64,000 nt of DNA. It comes from Escherichia phage UGJNEcP1. The stretch lies in the sequence record OV754623; one strand, written 5' to 3'. Of the stretch, positions 1 to 9,655 are shown one piece after another. The notes under the pieces were generated by a model. The model did not search any database and had not been told where the DNA came from. It worked only from the letters and a program-made list of their open reading frames with translations. Every line of letters starts with the position of its first letter. Positions within the stretch are counted from its first letter, which is position 1. Position numbers and translations under genes: made by a program.

Positions 1-104
1 CTAACTTCAGAATCTTTGATGCTCTGGCGTTGCAATCTCATTTTATTCTCCTCTTCACTTTTATTTGATAGGGCTACTATAACATAGCCCTATCTGATTG
101 TACA

Positions 105-509
105 CTACTTTTTAAAAGTTTTTTGCAAAAGTTTGATGATTTCGTCGACGTTGGTTTCATCTACGATACAATGGATTTTTGTTACACCTAAAGTTATACC
201 TTCGTTAGTAGGTTGAGGCTTTTCTAAAGTTACCTCAGTAAAGTACTCAATAAAGTATTTGAACTCGTCAGGATAAATCTCAAAATAAGTTTCAATTTCA
301 CCACCGGCAGAGCATACAGTACCATCTTCCATAGTTACACTTACTACGTTTGACGTATCGCTATCATAATCAGGTTCCATTCCGTTTACAACAAAACTAG
401 GCCCGTGGAGTTCAATCAATTTTAACATCTTAGCGTTATTATGTGGTGCTTCTTGAACAAAGTCGTCTTTAAATAAAGGGTTAATGATATAAGATTTTCC
501 GATTTCCAT
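105..509 (-). CDS. hypothetical protein downstream of gene 32 (frd-region small ORF)
   Basis: 134-aa ORF with SD-like GAGGAAA upstream of ATG; position downstream of 32 as in T4; no recognisable motif. Confidence 0.5.
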   Translation of the reverse strand: MEIGKSYIINPLFKDDFVQEAPHNNAKMLKLIELHGPSFVVNGMEPDYDSDTSNVVSVTMEDGTVCSAGGEIETYFEIYPDEFKYFIEYFTEVTLEKPQPTNEGITLGVTKIHCIVDETNVDEIIKLLQKTFKK

Positions 510-538
510 TTTGATTTCCTCATGTTGTTGATAGGTCT

Positions 539-567
539 ATACTAACACATCCAGGGAAGAAGTAAAC
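539..567 (-). promoter_or_regulatory. T4 early-type sigma70 promoter (minus strand: GTTTAC, 17 nt, TAGTAT)
   Basis: plus-strand gtaaac at 562-567 and atacta at 539-544 with 17-nt spacer, just upstream of ORF 105..509. Confidence 0.45.
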
Positions 568-597
568 AACTTTTTCGGCAATTTACAGATACTCAAA

Positions 598-616
598 AGG
601 GAGACCGAAGTCTCCC
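598..616 (-). terminator. intrinsic terminator hairpin with UUCG tetraloop after gene 32
   Basis: minus strand reads GGGAGAC-UUCG-GUCUCCC followed by UUUUGAG, immediately 3' of gene 32 stop. Confidence 0.6.
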
Positions 617-622
617 GATTTA

Positions 623-1525
623 TTATAGACCAGCTAACAGGTCATCGAGGTCACCATCATCAGAGGATGAGGTAGAGCTCATGAAGTCATCTTCAGTTTT
701 TGCAGAACTAAAGGCTTCCATGTCTTTATCAAAATCGTCAAGGTCAGAAGCAACTTTATCTGCAACAGAAGCTGCGGCAGCTGCTGCACCGCCCAGAGCG
801 GCAGTACCAAGAACCTTAGCGAAAGATTCATTTAATTTTTCAAAGGATTTGAACTGGTCTTTAGCCGTCAAAGTGGTAAGGTCTACCATCTGGTCATATA
901 GTTCTTTCTGGAATGCTTCATCATTAATACGAGGAATTTCAGATTGACCCAAGAATTTAGATTCGTCATAGTTGCTAAAACCAGAAACCTGCTTAGCTTT
1001 CAGAACGAAGTTAGCACCTTCAAATGGACAAGTAACATCAACTGGAGTTTCACCCATTTCGGTATCAACTGCAATCATTGCATTGATTTTGTCCCAAATC
1101 TTTTTACCGAAACGATATTTAAATACTTTACCTTCGTTATCTGGAGCTTGAGGGTCTTTAACAACCAGAATATTAGCCCAATAAGAAGTTTTACGTTTCA
1201 GTTGAGAATATTCAGTTTTGTTGGTATTGTACAGGTCATTTTTAATAATGTACTGACATACAGGACAAGAGTCGTAATCCCCATGTGTAGAAGAGCAATT
1301 TTCAATATACCATTTACCATTTTTCTTGAAACCGTGGTTAACAAGAATTGCAAATGGTAGTGCATCATCAGTTTTTGCTGGCAAGAAACGAATTACCGCT
1401 TGACCATTACCTGATGCATCTAGCTTCAGCTTCCATTCGCCTTTATCTTCTGAAGAGAAACCTTTGTTACCGTTCAGTTTAGCCATTTGAGCAGCGAGGT
1501 CAGCAGTAGATTTACGTTTAAACAT
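623..1525 (-). CDS. 32: single-stranded DNA-binding protein gp32
   Basis: 300 aa; N-terminus MFKRKSTA...[27 protein letters not shown] matches T4 gp32 as I recall it; acidic Ser/Asp-rich C-terminal tail. Confidence 0.95.
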   Translation of the reverse strand: MFKRKSTADLAAQMAKLNGNKGFSSEDKGEWKLKLDASGNGQAVIRFLPAKTDDALPFAILVNHGFKKNGKWYIENCSSTHGDYDSCPVCQYIIKNDLYNTNKTEYSQLKRKTSYWANILVVKDPQAPDNEGKVFKYRFGKKIWDKINAMIAVDTEMGETPVDVTCPFEGANFVLKAKQVSGFSNYDESKFLGQSEIPRINDEAFQKELYDQMVDLTTLTAKDQFKSFEKLNESFAKVLGTAALGGAAAAAASVADKVASDLDDFDKDMEAFSSAKTEDDFMSSTSSSDDGDLDDLLAGL

Positions 1526-1612
1526 TATATTTACCTTTATTTAGATTATTTAATTTATTTACAGTTGGTTGCTACGACACTTATACCTCGTAGCTGGTAT
1601 GTTTTATTTATA
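1526..1612 (-). promoter_or_regulatory. gene 32 leader: AU-rich (U)UAAA repeat operator, hairpin/pseudoknot candidate, and a late-promoter motif
   Basis: minus strand upstream of the AUG reads TAAATAAATTAAATAATCTAAATAAAGG; hairpin GCTACGA-loop-TCGTAGC at 1571-1594; TATAAATA on minus strand at 1605-1612. Confidence 0.5.
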
Positions 1613-1641
1613 AAGTAATTTTAACACGCAAGAAATAAAGC

Positions 1642-2295
1642 TTAATACTTACATGATTTGATTGTTTCTATGAACAATTTCTTAGCAGCATTTCCATCGA
1701 TTTGAAGTATTTTTCGATATGCCTTTAATTTGGTAGAATAATTTTGCCAGACTAAATTGTCGGTAAGTTCGTCATGCTTATCTATAATATTCAAGAATGA
1801 ATCTAACAACAAGAAGGTTTCAAATGAAATTATATTGCTTTGTAGCAATTTAAATATGTAGCTCGACTGAACTTTATTATTATAATCAAATATCTCTTGA
1901 AGCGCACTAACTTCCACTTTCTTACTGAAATAGTAGATGTTACGTACGTCTTCAGCAAACGTCTCCTTGGCTTGTTTGAGACGTCCAATGTATTCCCTAT
2001 AGAAAACTAATGCATCAGCGTCTGATATCTCACCAATCCATGCGTCTTGGTTAGCAACTAAGTTGCTTATGAATATCAAGGTGAGTTCCTTCAATTTATA
2101 TTTCTCTGCTAGTTTTTCAAAGAAATATTTATCTCGGCGTTTTTGATACGCATTATCCGAAACACGCATGCACCAGTTATATTTGATTACGTCATACCGA
2201 CCACCAAAATGGTTTTTGCACATCAAGTATAGTTTATATACTGATTTTCCATTAATATAACGTTCTCCATCAGGAGGCATGCGTATTTTAATCAT
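1642..2295 (-). CDS. 59: helicase loader gp59
   Basis: 217 aa, same length as T4 gp59; position between 33-side and 32. Confidence 0.85.
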   Translation of the reverse strand: MIKIRMPPDGERYINGKSVYKLYLMCKNHFGGRYDVIKYNWCMRVSDNAYQKRRDKYFFEKLAEKYKLKELTLIFISNLVANQDAWIGEISDADALVFYREYIGRLKQAKETFAEDVRNIYYFSKKVEVSALQEIFDYNNKVQSSYIFKLLQSNIISFETFLLLDSFLNIIDKHDELTDNLVWQNYSTKLKAYRKILQIDGNAAKKLFIETIKSCKY

Positions 2296-2971
2296 ATTTC
2301 CATCCGGGCCATTTTGAAGATTTAAGTCTATATGTAACTAAAGACGCAGAAATATTAAAAACATTTGAAACTTCTTTACACGAGGCGTATTTTATACCAT
2401 CAATAGTTATAGGTTTTTGTTTTTTAATAGTCCTTTCTCTAGAATGTGGTTTTGAATTTGCTATTCTAAGAGCTTCTTTAGTGGAATCAGGCATCGCCTT
2501 ATTCGTTTTTCTCCCTTTTCGGACTTTACTCAAGGCCAATTTGTGAGCTTCAGATAGTTTCTTACCCTTATTAGGGGACGGTATTTTTCTTTCTAGTCTT
2601 GTTTTAGATACTTTAGCCTTAGTCTCTTCAGATCTAGGTTTACCTAATTTAGAAAGTGAAATGGCCCTTTTAGCTTCATCACTTTGTTTTTTGCCAGGAC
2701 CACCTTTACCACCGGGAACTAAGTTATAAGTATCATCTCGCAAAACAAAATCTTCATTAACCAATTCTGCTTCTTTTTTATAGGCGTCCTTGTCATTATC
2801 ATATTCATAAAGAATTTCGGTATAAAAATTTTTTAGTCCATATTTAGCTTTGGCCGCTAATATAGCGCGGCCTGATCCAATATACCAATCTTTCTCTTTA
2901 TGTTTTTTATGTACGCCTATATAAATTTTACCATTTATTTTATTGGTAGTTTTATACACAACGTATTTCAT
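2288..2971 (-). CDS. GIY-YIG homing endonuclease (Seg-like free-standing HEG)
   Basis: N-terminal YVVYKTTNKINGKIYIGV GIY-YIG motif; Lys/Arg-rich C-terminal DNA-binding region with NUMOD-like repeats; 8-nt overlap with 59 and 4-nt overlap with 33. Confidence 0.8.
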   Translation of the reverse strand: MKYVVYKTTNKINGKIYIGVHKKHKEKDWYIGSGRAILAAKAKYGLKNFYTEILYEYDNDKDAYKKEAELVNEDFVLRDDTYNLVPGGKGGPGKKQSDEAKRAISLSKLGKPRSEETKAKVSKTRLERKIPSPNKGKKLSEAHKLALSKVRKGRKTNKAMPDSTKEALRIANSKPHSRERTIKKQKPITIDGIKYASCKEVSNVFNISASLVTYRLKSSKWPGWKYD

Positions 2972-3306
2972 AATAAGAAATCTAACGTATTAGTTTTTTC
3001 ACCACGAGCAACTGATGGGCGAAGCATGTTTTCGTCAATTGCTTCGCTTGTAATTTTTTCAACAATTCCTGTAGGAATAAATTTAGCAAATTGTGTTTCT
3101 GGAATAGAATTTTCTTCCAAGAAAGCAGTTGTTGCTTCTAAATAAGACATACCAAATTGTTCAACCATGGATTCAATAATGAATCCGTTTTCTTGCCGGT
3201 CAAGCAATTTAGCGATATCATCTTTATCGTGTTTTACTGCTAATTCTTGTTCAGATAAACCGGCCTCATCAACCGGTTTAATATCACTTAGTGAAAACTG
3301 TGTCAT
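2968..3306 (-). CDS. 33: late transcription co-activator gp33
   Basis: 112 aa; MTQFSL...ENGFIIE...EATTAFLEENSIPETQFAKFIP matches T4 gp33 as recalled. Confidence 0.9.
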   Translation of the reverse strand: MTQFSLSDIKPVDEAGLSEQELAVKHDKDDIAKLLDRQENGFIIESMVEQFGMSYLEATTAFLEENSIPETQFAKFIPTGIVEKITSEAIDENMLRPSVARGEKTNTLDFLL

Positions 3307-3553
3307 AAAGCTCGACTACCTCTTCGTTTTCAGCTTCAAATTGGTCACGAGCATCTTTATGATAAAGAGCTAACAAACGATTAAACATTTTTCCATCAAC
3401 GCCAAGCTCTTCTTTAGCACGAGTACGAATGTCTTTAATCAGTTCATTATAACCAGAAATTTTAAGTTTGTTATCGGAAGCTTCCTTGACTAGTTTAGCC
3501 AGTTCTTCACCATGCACATCTTGATTAAATTCAACTGCTTCTTTCTTAGCCAT
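3284..3553 (-). CDS. dsbA: late-transcription dsDNA-binding protein DsbA
   Basis: ORF 3284..3571; likely start at internal MAKKE giving about 89 aa as in T4 DsbA; synteny between 33 and rnh. Confidence 0.75.
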   Translation of the reverse strand: MAKKEAVEFNQDVHGEELAKLVKEASDNKLKISGYNELIKDIRTRAKEELGVDGKMFNRLLALYHKDARDQFEAENEEVVELYDTVFTK

Positions 3554-3560
3554 GTTTACC

Positions 3561-4478
3561 TCAGAATTCATTAATTACACTTGTTAATTTAGAAAGACCA
3601 GATTTTACAAAATATGAATAAATCTTGCCTTTAGGTTGTTGTTTATATGAGTTATAATACTCTATAATGGTTGAAGCAATATTATCAGGGATATAATCAA
3701 AATCAATGAGAACCAAATTTTCTTGATACCGTTTATATTCTTCTGCACTTAATAATACTTCAGCTTGAGAACGGTCGTTAGCAATTGCTTCAATAATTGA
3801 TGTTTTCATGCTCGGAGTTCGTTCACCTTCAACTCGAGTAAACCAGAAGTCACCACGAACTCGAACAGATGCGACACCATCCTTACGGTCACCTTTAAGA
3901 ATTTTAGTCATGCAATCAATTTCAGCAGAACCATTCTTAATTTTAACCCATTTTTTCTGTGGTGGCGACCACTGTTTAACGTTAGGATATTTGTGTAATT
4001 GTGTAAAGTCACCATCTGATGCAACAATACATACCTTATGTCCAGCTAATGACAAATATTTGGTTAATACACCAATATGGTCATCCGCTTCATACTTGTC
4101 AATATCCATTACAACGTATGGCATGTATTTCTTAATCTCATCAACAACTTGATGGAGTGCAGTAAAATATCCTTCCCAATCCCACTTTGAAGCTTCACGA
4201 TCGGTTTTACGATTTTTCTTGTAATAGTAAGCAAAGTCACGTCGCCAATAACCTGAAGTAGCATTATCCATACACAATACAAATTTTGTATAGCCTTGCT
4301 TACGGAACATCACTACGTTTTTACGAATTGAATTCAAGATTACATGGCGAACCATCGGAACAGTAATTTTATCGCCGTCTTCAAAGTTGTTTAATGCAGC
4401 TGCCAATGCAATGTTACTAAAGTCGGCAAGTGCAATACCTTCTTTGTAATCTTCATCCAACATCATTTCTAAATCCAT
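3561..4478 (-). CDS. rnh: RNase H (FEN-family 5'-3' exonuclease)
   Basis: 305 aa, same as T4 RNase H; synteny adjacent to gene 34. Confidence 0.9.
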   Translation of the reverse strand: MDLEMMLDEDYKEGIALADFSNIALAAALNNFEDGDKITVPMVRHVILNSIRKNVVMFRKQGYTKFVLCMDNATSGYWRRDFAYYYKKNRKTDREASKWDWEGYFTALHQVVDEIKKYMPYVVMDIDKYEADDHIGVLTKYLSLAGHKVCIVASDGDFTQLHKYPNVKQWSPPQKKWVKIKNGSAEIDCMTKILKGDRKDGVASVRVRGDFWFTRVEGERTPSMKTSIIEAIANDRSQAEVLLSAEEYKRYQENLVLIDFDYIPDNIASTIIEYYNSYKQQPKGKIYSYFVKSGLSKLTSVINEF

Positions 4479-4510
4479 ATGAACCTCTTGTTCAGTTAGT
4501 CAACTTGACT

Positions 4511-4540
4511 ATAGTAACACACTCATTTGAAAGCGTAAAC
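4511..4540 (-). promoter_or_regulatory. early-type promoter for rnh (minus strand)
   Basis: plus-strand gtaaac at 4535-4540 with TAnnnT -10 candidate about 18 nt away, upstream of rnh start. Confidence 0.35.
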
Positions 4541-4543
4541 TGG

Positions 4544-4551
4544 TATAAATA
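4544..4551 (+). promoter_or_regulatory. T4 late promoter TATAAATA for gene 34
   Basis: exact TATAAATA about 30 nt upstream of gene 34 AUG. Confidence 0.7.
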
Positions 4552-4581
4552 AGTATTATTGAAACAATAAAGGAAAAACGA

Positions 4582-7500
4582 ATGGCCGACATCAAACGTA
4601 AGTTCAGAGCCGAAGACGGTCTGGACGCCGGTGGCGACAAGATTGTTAACGTAGCATTAGCCGACCGTACAGTAGGTACAGATGGCGTAAACGTTGACTT
4701 CCTGGTACAAGAAAACACCGTTCAAGTATATGATTCTACGCGTGGATATAACAAAGGATTTGTTGTTCTTTATGACAACCGTTTATATCAAGCAATAAAT
4801 GATATCGTGTCTCCTTCAGGGGCATTTAACCTTTTACAATGGCGTGCAGTTCGTACCGATGCACAATGGATAACTGTCGCTTCTGGGACTTATCAACTTT
4901 CTTCAGGTGAATCTATTTCGGTTAACACTGGTGCTGGCAATGATATGGTTTTCACATTGCCAAATGCGCCGGTTGATGGTGATACTGTTGTTTTGGCTGA
5001 TATTGGTGGAAGAACCGGGACAGTTAAAGTACAGATTAACGCGTCTGTGCAGAGTATTTTAAACTTTAGAGGTGAACAAGTTCGTACAGTTTTAATGACG
5101 CGCCCACGTTCACAACTATTGTTTGTGTTTAGTAATCGCTTGTGGCAGATGTATATCATTGATTATGGTAAAGAATCAATCACTGTTACACCTGCGACAC
5201 CATATCAAGCACAAGCAAATGATTTTATCGTTCGTCGTTTTACTAGTGCAGCACCAATCAACATTACACTTCCACGTAATGCTAACAATGGCGATATAAT
5301 CACCCTAGTCGATTTAGATAAATTAAACCCACTGTATCATACAATTGTTAAAACATTTGATGATACAACGTCTATTGGTGAAGTCGGGACTCATATTGCC
5401 GAAGGCAGAAATGACTCTGACGCGTTTTTTGTTTTTGATGCTTCAAATAGTTTATGGCGTATATGGGAAGGCGACCAGAAATCGCGTCTTCGTATTATCC
5501 GTGCGGATTCAAATATTCGTCCAAATGAAGAAGTTCTTATTTTTGGCACAAATAACGCTACATCCGGAACTATTAATCTTACGCTGCCTACAGGAATTTT
5601 GAGTGGTGACACTGTTAAAATTTCAATGAACTACATGCGTAAAGGCCAAACAGTAAAAATTAAAGCTGCCGAAGGTGATACAATTGCTTCTTCTGTTGCA
5701 TTGCTTCAGTTCCCTAAACGTTCTGAATATCCACCTGATGCTCAATGGGTCTCTGTTACTGAACTAGAATTCAATGGCACTACTTCGTATGTTCCTGTAT
5801 TAGAATTAGCATATATTGAAGATACCGATTCCGACACTCATTATTGGGTTGTGCAACAGAATGTCCCTACGGTAGAACGTGTTGATGCTGGAACTGATGC
5901 TACACGAGCTCGTTTAGGTGTTATTGCTCTTGCTACTCAAGCGCAAGCAAATGTTGATTTAGAGAATACTCCAGCTAAAGAAGTGGCTATTACTCCTGAA
6001 ACGTTGGCAAATCGTACAGCAACTGAAGCTCGACGTGGTATCGCTAAAATTGCTACAACAGCACAAGTTAACCAGAATTCCACAGCAACATTTGTGGACG
6101 ATACTATTGTTACGCCTAAAAAACTAAATGAGCGTACAGCAACTGAAACTCGTCGTGGTCTTGCTGAAATTGCTACTCAGGCTGAAACCGATGCTGGTCT
6201 TGACGACACAACGATTATTACACCTAAGAAATTGCAGGCACGTCAGGGTTCTGAAACACTATCTGGTATAGTTAAATATGTATCAACTACTTCTGCTACT
6301 CCTGCTGAAACTCGTGGGGCAGCAGGCACTAACGTTTATAATAAAACCGTAAATAATTTAACTATTTCCCCTAAAGCCCTTGACCAATATAAAGCAACTT
6401 ATGCTCAACAAGGTGCAGTAATTTTAGCTGTTGATAGTGAAGTAATTGCTGGACAATCTCAAGCAGGTTATTCTCACGCTGTAGTAACTCCTGAAACACT
6501 ACATAAGAAAACTTCTACTGATGGACGTATTGGTTTAATTGAAATTGCTACGCAAGCAGAAACTAATACTGGGACTGATTATACACGTGCAGTAACGCCT
6601 AAGACGTTAAATGATAGGAAAGCTACGGAAGGAATATCCGGCATAGCCGAACTTGCTACGCAAGTTGAATTTGATACTGGAACTGATGATACTCGTATCT
6701 CGACTCCACTGAAAATTAAAACTCATTTTGATTCTTCTGACCGTACCAGTGTTAATTCTGATTCCGGACTTATTGAAGAAGGAACCTTGTGGAACCATTA
6801 TACTCTTGATATTTCTAAAGCAAATGAAACACAACGTGGTACACTTCGCGTAGCGACCCAGGCAGAATCTAATGCAGGAACTTTAGATGATGTTCTTATT
6901 ACTCCTAAAAAGCTTTTAGGGACTAAGTCCACTGAAACGTCTGAAGGCGTAATTAAGGTTGCTACTCGGGCTGAAACTGTAACAGGAACTTCTGCTAATA
7001 CTGCTGTATCTCCTAAGAATTTAAAATGGATTGTCCAGAACGAACCAACATGGGCTGCTACTACGGCAATTCGCGGATTCGTTAAAACTTCATCCGGTTC
7101 TATTACATTTGTTGGTAATGATACAGTTGGTTCAACACAACCTTTAGAATCATATGAGAAAAATAGCTATGCAGTATCACCATATGAATTAAACCGTGTA
7201 CTTGCTAACTATTTACCATTAAAAGCAAAAGCTGCTGACGCAAATTTATTAGATGGCCTAGATTCATCTCAGTTCATTCGTAGGGACATTGCACAGACGG
7301 TTAATGGTTCACTAACCTTAACCCAACAAACGAATCTGAGTGGCCCTCTTGTATCATCTAGTACCGCTACGTTTGGTGGATCAGTTTCGGCAAATAGTAC
7401 ATTAACTATTTCTAATACTGGAACGGCAACTCGTCTGATTTTTGAAAAAGGACCTCAGACTGGAACTAACCCAGTACAGACGATGACTATCAGAGTTTGG

Positions 7501-8457
7501 GGAAATCAGTTTGGTGGTGGTTCAGATACAACACGTTCTACCGTATTTGAAGTTGGCGATGAAACGTCTAATCACTTTTATTCTCAACGTAATAAAGCTG
7601 GTAATATAACGTTTAGCATTAATGGTACTGTAATGCCAATAAATGTTAACGCTTCGGGTTCATTGAATGCGAATGGCGTAGCAACATTTGGTAGTTCAGT
7701 TACTGCTAATGGCGAATTCATCAGCAAGTCTGCAAATGCTTTCAGAGCAATAAACGGTGATTACGGATTCTTTATTCGTAATGATGCTGCTAATACCTAT
7801 TTTATGCTCACTGCATCTGGTGATCAGACTGGCGGATTTAATGGATTACGTCCTTTGGCTATTAATAATGCATCTGGTCAAGTAACGATTGGTGAAAGCT
7901 TAATCATTGCCAAAGGTGCTACTATAAATTCAGGTGGTTTAACTGTTAACTCGAGAATTCGTTCTCAGGGTTCTAAAACTGCTGATTTATACACTCGTGC
8001 TCCTACTGCTGATACAGTCGGGTTCTGGTCAGTTGACATTAACGATTCAGCCACTTATAACCAATTCCCGGGTTATTTTAAAATGGTTGAAAAAACTAAT
8101 GAAGTGTCTGGACTTCCGTACTTAGAACGTGGTGAAGAAGTTAAATCCCCTGGTACTTTGACTCAGTTTGGTAATACGCTTGATTCTCTTTACCAAGATT
8201 GGATTACTTATCCAACGACACCGGAAGCGCGTACCACTCGCTGGACTCGTACATGGCAGAAAACTAAAAATTCTTGGTCAAGTTTTGTTCAGGTATTTGA
8301 TGGTGGAAACCCTCCTCAACCTTCTGATATTGGTGCTTTACCTTCTGATAATGCAACAATCGGAAACTTGACAATAAGGGATTTCTTAAGGATTGGTAAC
8401 GTCCGCATTATTCCAGACCCTGTGAATAAATCTGTTAAATTCGAGTGGATTGAATAA
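4582..8457 (+). CDS. 34: long tail fibre proximal subunit gp34
   Basis: 1291 aa (T4 gp34 about 1289 aa); internal repeats of a TPKKL/ATQAET motif; late promoter upstream; first gene of the 34-38 operon. Confidence 0.95.
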   Translation: MADIKRKFRAEDGLDAGGDKIVNVALADRTVGTDGVNVDFLVQENTVQVYDSTRGYNKGFVVLYDNRLYQAINDIVSPSGAFNLLQWRAVRTDAQWITVASGTYQLSSGESISVNTGAGNDMVFTLPNAPVDGDTVVLADIGGRTGTVKVQINASVQSILNFRGEQVRTVLMTRPRSQLLFVFSNRLWQMYIIDYGKESITVTPATPYQAQANDFIVRRFTSAAPINITLPRNANNGDIITLVDLDKLNPLYHTIVKTFDDTTSIGEVGTHIAEGRNDSDAFFVFDASNSLWRIWEGDQKSRLRIIRADSNIRPNEEVLIFGTNNATSGTINLTLPTGILSGDTVKISMNYMRKGQTVKIKAAEGDTIASSVALLQFPKRSEYPPDAQWVSVTELEFNGTTSYVPVLELAYIEDTDSDTHYWVVQQNVPTVERVDAGTDATRARLGVIALATQAQANVDLENTPAKEVAITPETLANRTATEARRGIAKIATTAQVNQNSTATFVDDTIVTPKKLNERTATETRRGLAEIATQAETDAGLDDTTIITPKKLQARQGSETLSGIVKYVSTTSATPAETRGAAGTNVYNKTVNNLTISPKALDQYKATYAQQGAVILAVDSEVIAGQSQAGYSHAVVTPETLHKKTSTDGRIGLIEIATQAETNTGTDYTRAVTPKTLNDRKATEGISGIAELATQVEFDTGTDDTRISTPLKIKTHFDSSDRTSVNSDSGLIEEGTLWNHYTLDISKANETQRGTLRVATQAESNAGTLDDVLITPKKLLGTKSTETSEGVIKVATRAETVTGTSANTAVSPKNLKWIVQNEPTWAATTAIRGFVKTSSGSITFVGNDTVGSTQPLESYEKNSYAVSPYELNRVLANYLPLKAKAADANLLDGLDSSQFIRRDIAQTVNGSLTLTQQTNLSGPLVSSSTATFGGSVSANSTLTISNTGTATRLIFEKGPQTGTNPVQTMTIRVWGNQFGGGSDTTRSTVFEVGDETSNHFYSQRNKAGNITFSINGTVMPINVNASGSLNANGVATFGSSVTANGEFISKSANAFRAINGDYGFFIRNDAANTYFMLTASGDQTGGFNGLRPLAINNASGQVTIGESLIIAKGATINSGGLTVNSRIRSQGSKTADLYTRAPTADTVGFWSVDINDSATYNQFPGYFKMVEKTNEVSGLPYLERGEEVKSPGTLTQFGNTLDSLYQDWITYPTTPEARTTRWTRTWQKTKNSWSSFVQVFDGGNPPQPSDIGALPSDNATIGNLTIRDFLRIGNVRIIPDPVNKSVKFEWIE

Positions 8458-8465
8458 GAGGTATT

Positions 8466-9593
8466 ATGGAAAAATTTATGGCTAAGTTTGGACAAGGATA
8501 CGTCCAAACGCCATTTTTATCGGAAAGCAATTCAGTACGATTTAAATTAAGCATAGCGGGCTCTTGCCCGCTATCAACATCTCCTGCTTATATTAAGTTC
8601 CAGGATAATCCACTTGGGTCTCAGGTTTTTTCCGTTGGATTAAACGTTCGTGTAATAAACCCTACAACAGGTACAGTAGTTGAATCTAAGACATATAATT
8701 TCTCTACTGAAAACGACACCACGTCAAGTGCATTTGTTACTTTCATGGACACATATGCTTCAAATTTTATATTTGCTCTTGTTACTAACGCTAAAACAAA
8801 CTTTCCACCTGAAGTTCTTGCATGGTTTAATAAAGCCGGAAGTTCTGCTATTCCATTAGCTCAACAAGTTTTAAATATAGTGGACATTTCTTATTCGGCA
8901 TTTTATATTTCTGGTAAGAATGCTATAGCACTAGAACATATTAAGTATAGTAATAAGAAAACTTCAACCGACTATAGTACACCACTTGATGTTGTGTATG
9001 ACACAATCGATGATATCGGTGCTACCGGCTTCCCTAGTCGTACGTATGAATCGTCAGACACATTTTTATCTGCCATTGGAGGTACTAATAATGAAATTAA
9101 AAGGATGCCTACAACATCCCTTATTACACCTCTCGCTGGGTATAAATTGAAGCCTGGAGATTTCCTTTATATGAAATTCCAACTAATGGCTGATGCCGAT
9201 TTGTTAGCACAAGGGACGACACGACTTTCTATTCGTTTCTTTAAATCTCCTTCTACTTCACCTATTTCATTTAAGGATACAAACTTTGATGGGGCTGCAG
9301 GTGAATGGAAGATATATGAAGACTACATAGAAATTCCTGCTGGTGCTGACGGGTTCACGATTTATTGTTATCGTACAGCTCCAGTCGGGCAAGGTGGATT
9401 AAGAAACGTTATATTCACTGAAGTATCATGTAATGGAAGCGTTTCAAAACCTGCCGAGTTTGGTATAAATGGTATTCGTGTAAATTATGTTTCAGAATCT
9501 TTAAGTGCCCCAGACATAATGACATTACCTACTCAATCTTCAACTGATACTGGTAAGGTATTTGGACAAGAATTTAAAGAAGCATCAGAATAA
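8466..9593 (+). CDS. 35: long tail fibre hinge connector gp35
   Basis: 375 aa (T4 gp35 372 aa); synteny. Confidence 0.85.
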   Translation: MEKFMAKFGQGYVQTPFLSESNSVRFKLSIAGSCPLSTSPAYIKFQDNPLGSQVFSVGLNVRVINPTTGTVVESKTYNFSTENDTTSSAFVTFMDTYASNFIFALVTNAKTNFPPEVLAWFNKAGSSAIPLAQQVLNIVDISYSAFYISGKNAIALEHIKYSNKKTSTDYSTPLDVVYDTIDDIGATGFPSRTYESSDTFLSAIGGTNNEIKRMPTTSLITPLAGYKLKPGDFLYMKFQLMADADLLAQGTTRLSIRFFKSPSTSPISFKDTNFDGAAGEWKIYEDYIEIPAGADGFTIYCYRTAPVGQGGLRNVIFTEVSCNGSVSKPAEFGINGIRVNYVSESLSAPDIMTLPTQSSTDTGKVFGQEFKEASE

Positions 9594-9598
9594 ATTTA

Positions 9599-9616
9599 GG
9601 GAGACTTCGGTCTCCC
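9599..9616 (+). terminator. hairpin with UUCG tetraloop plus U-tract after gene 35
   Basis: GGGAGAC-UUCG-GUCUCCC followed by AUUUUUG on plus strand. Confidence 0.55.
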
Positions 9617-9623
9617 ATTTTTG

Positions 9624-9631
9624 TATAAATA
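9624..9631 (+). promoter_or_regulatory. T4 late promoter TATAAATA for gene 36
   Basis: exact TATAAATA 25 nt upstream of gene 36 AUG, preceded by the hairpin. Confidence 0.7.
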
Positions 9632-9655
9632 TGGTATACATATAAGGAGACAACT

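Noticed and set aside
681-1360. Plus-strand ORFs of 88 and 138 aa inside gene 32
   Set aside because: They lie antisense within a well-supported gene, have low-complexity or repetitive translations, and have no ribosome-binding site
4509-4718. Minus-strand 69-aa ORF overlapping the start of gene 34
   Set aside because: Antisense to gene 34 and the late promoter; Ser/Pro/Thr-rich translation typical of a spurious frame
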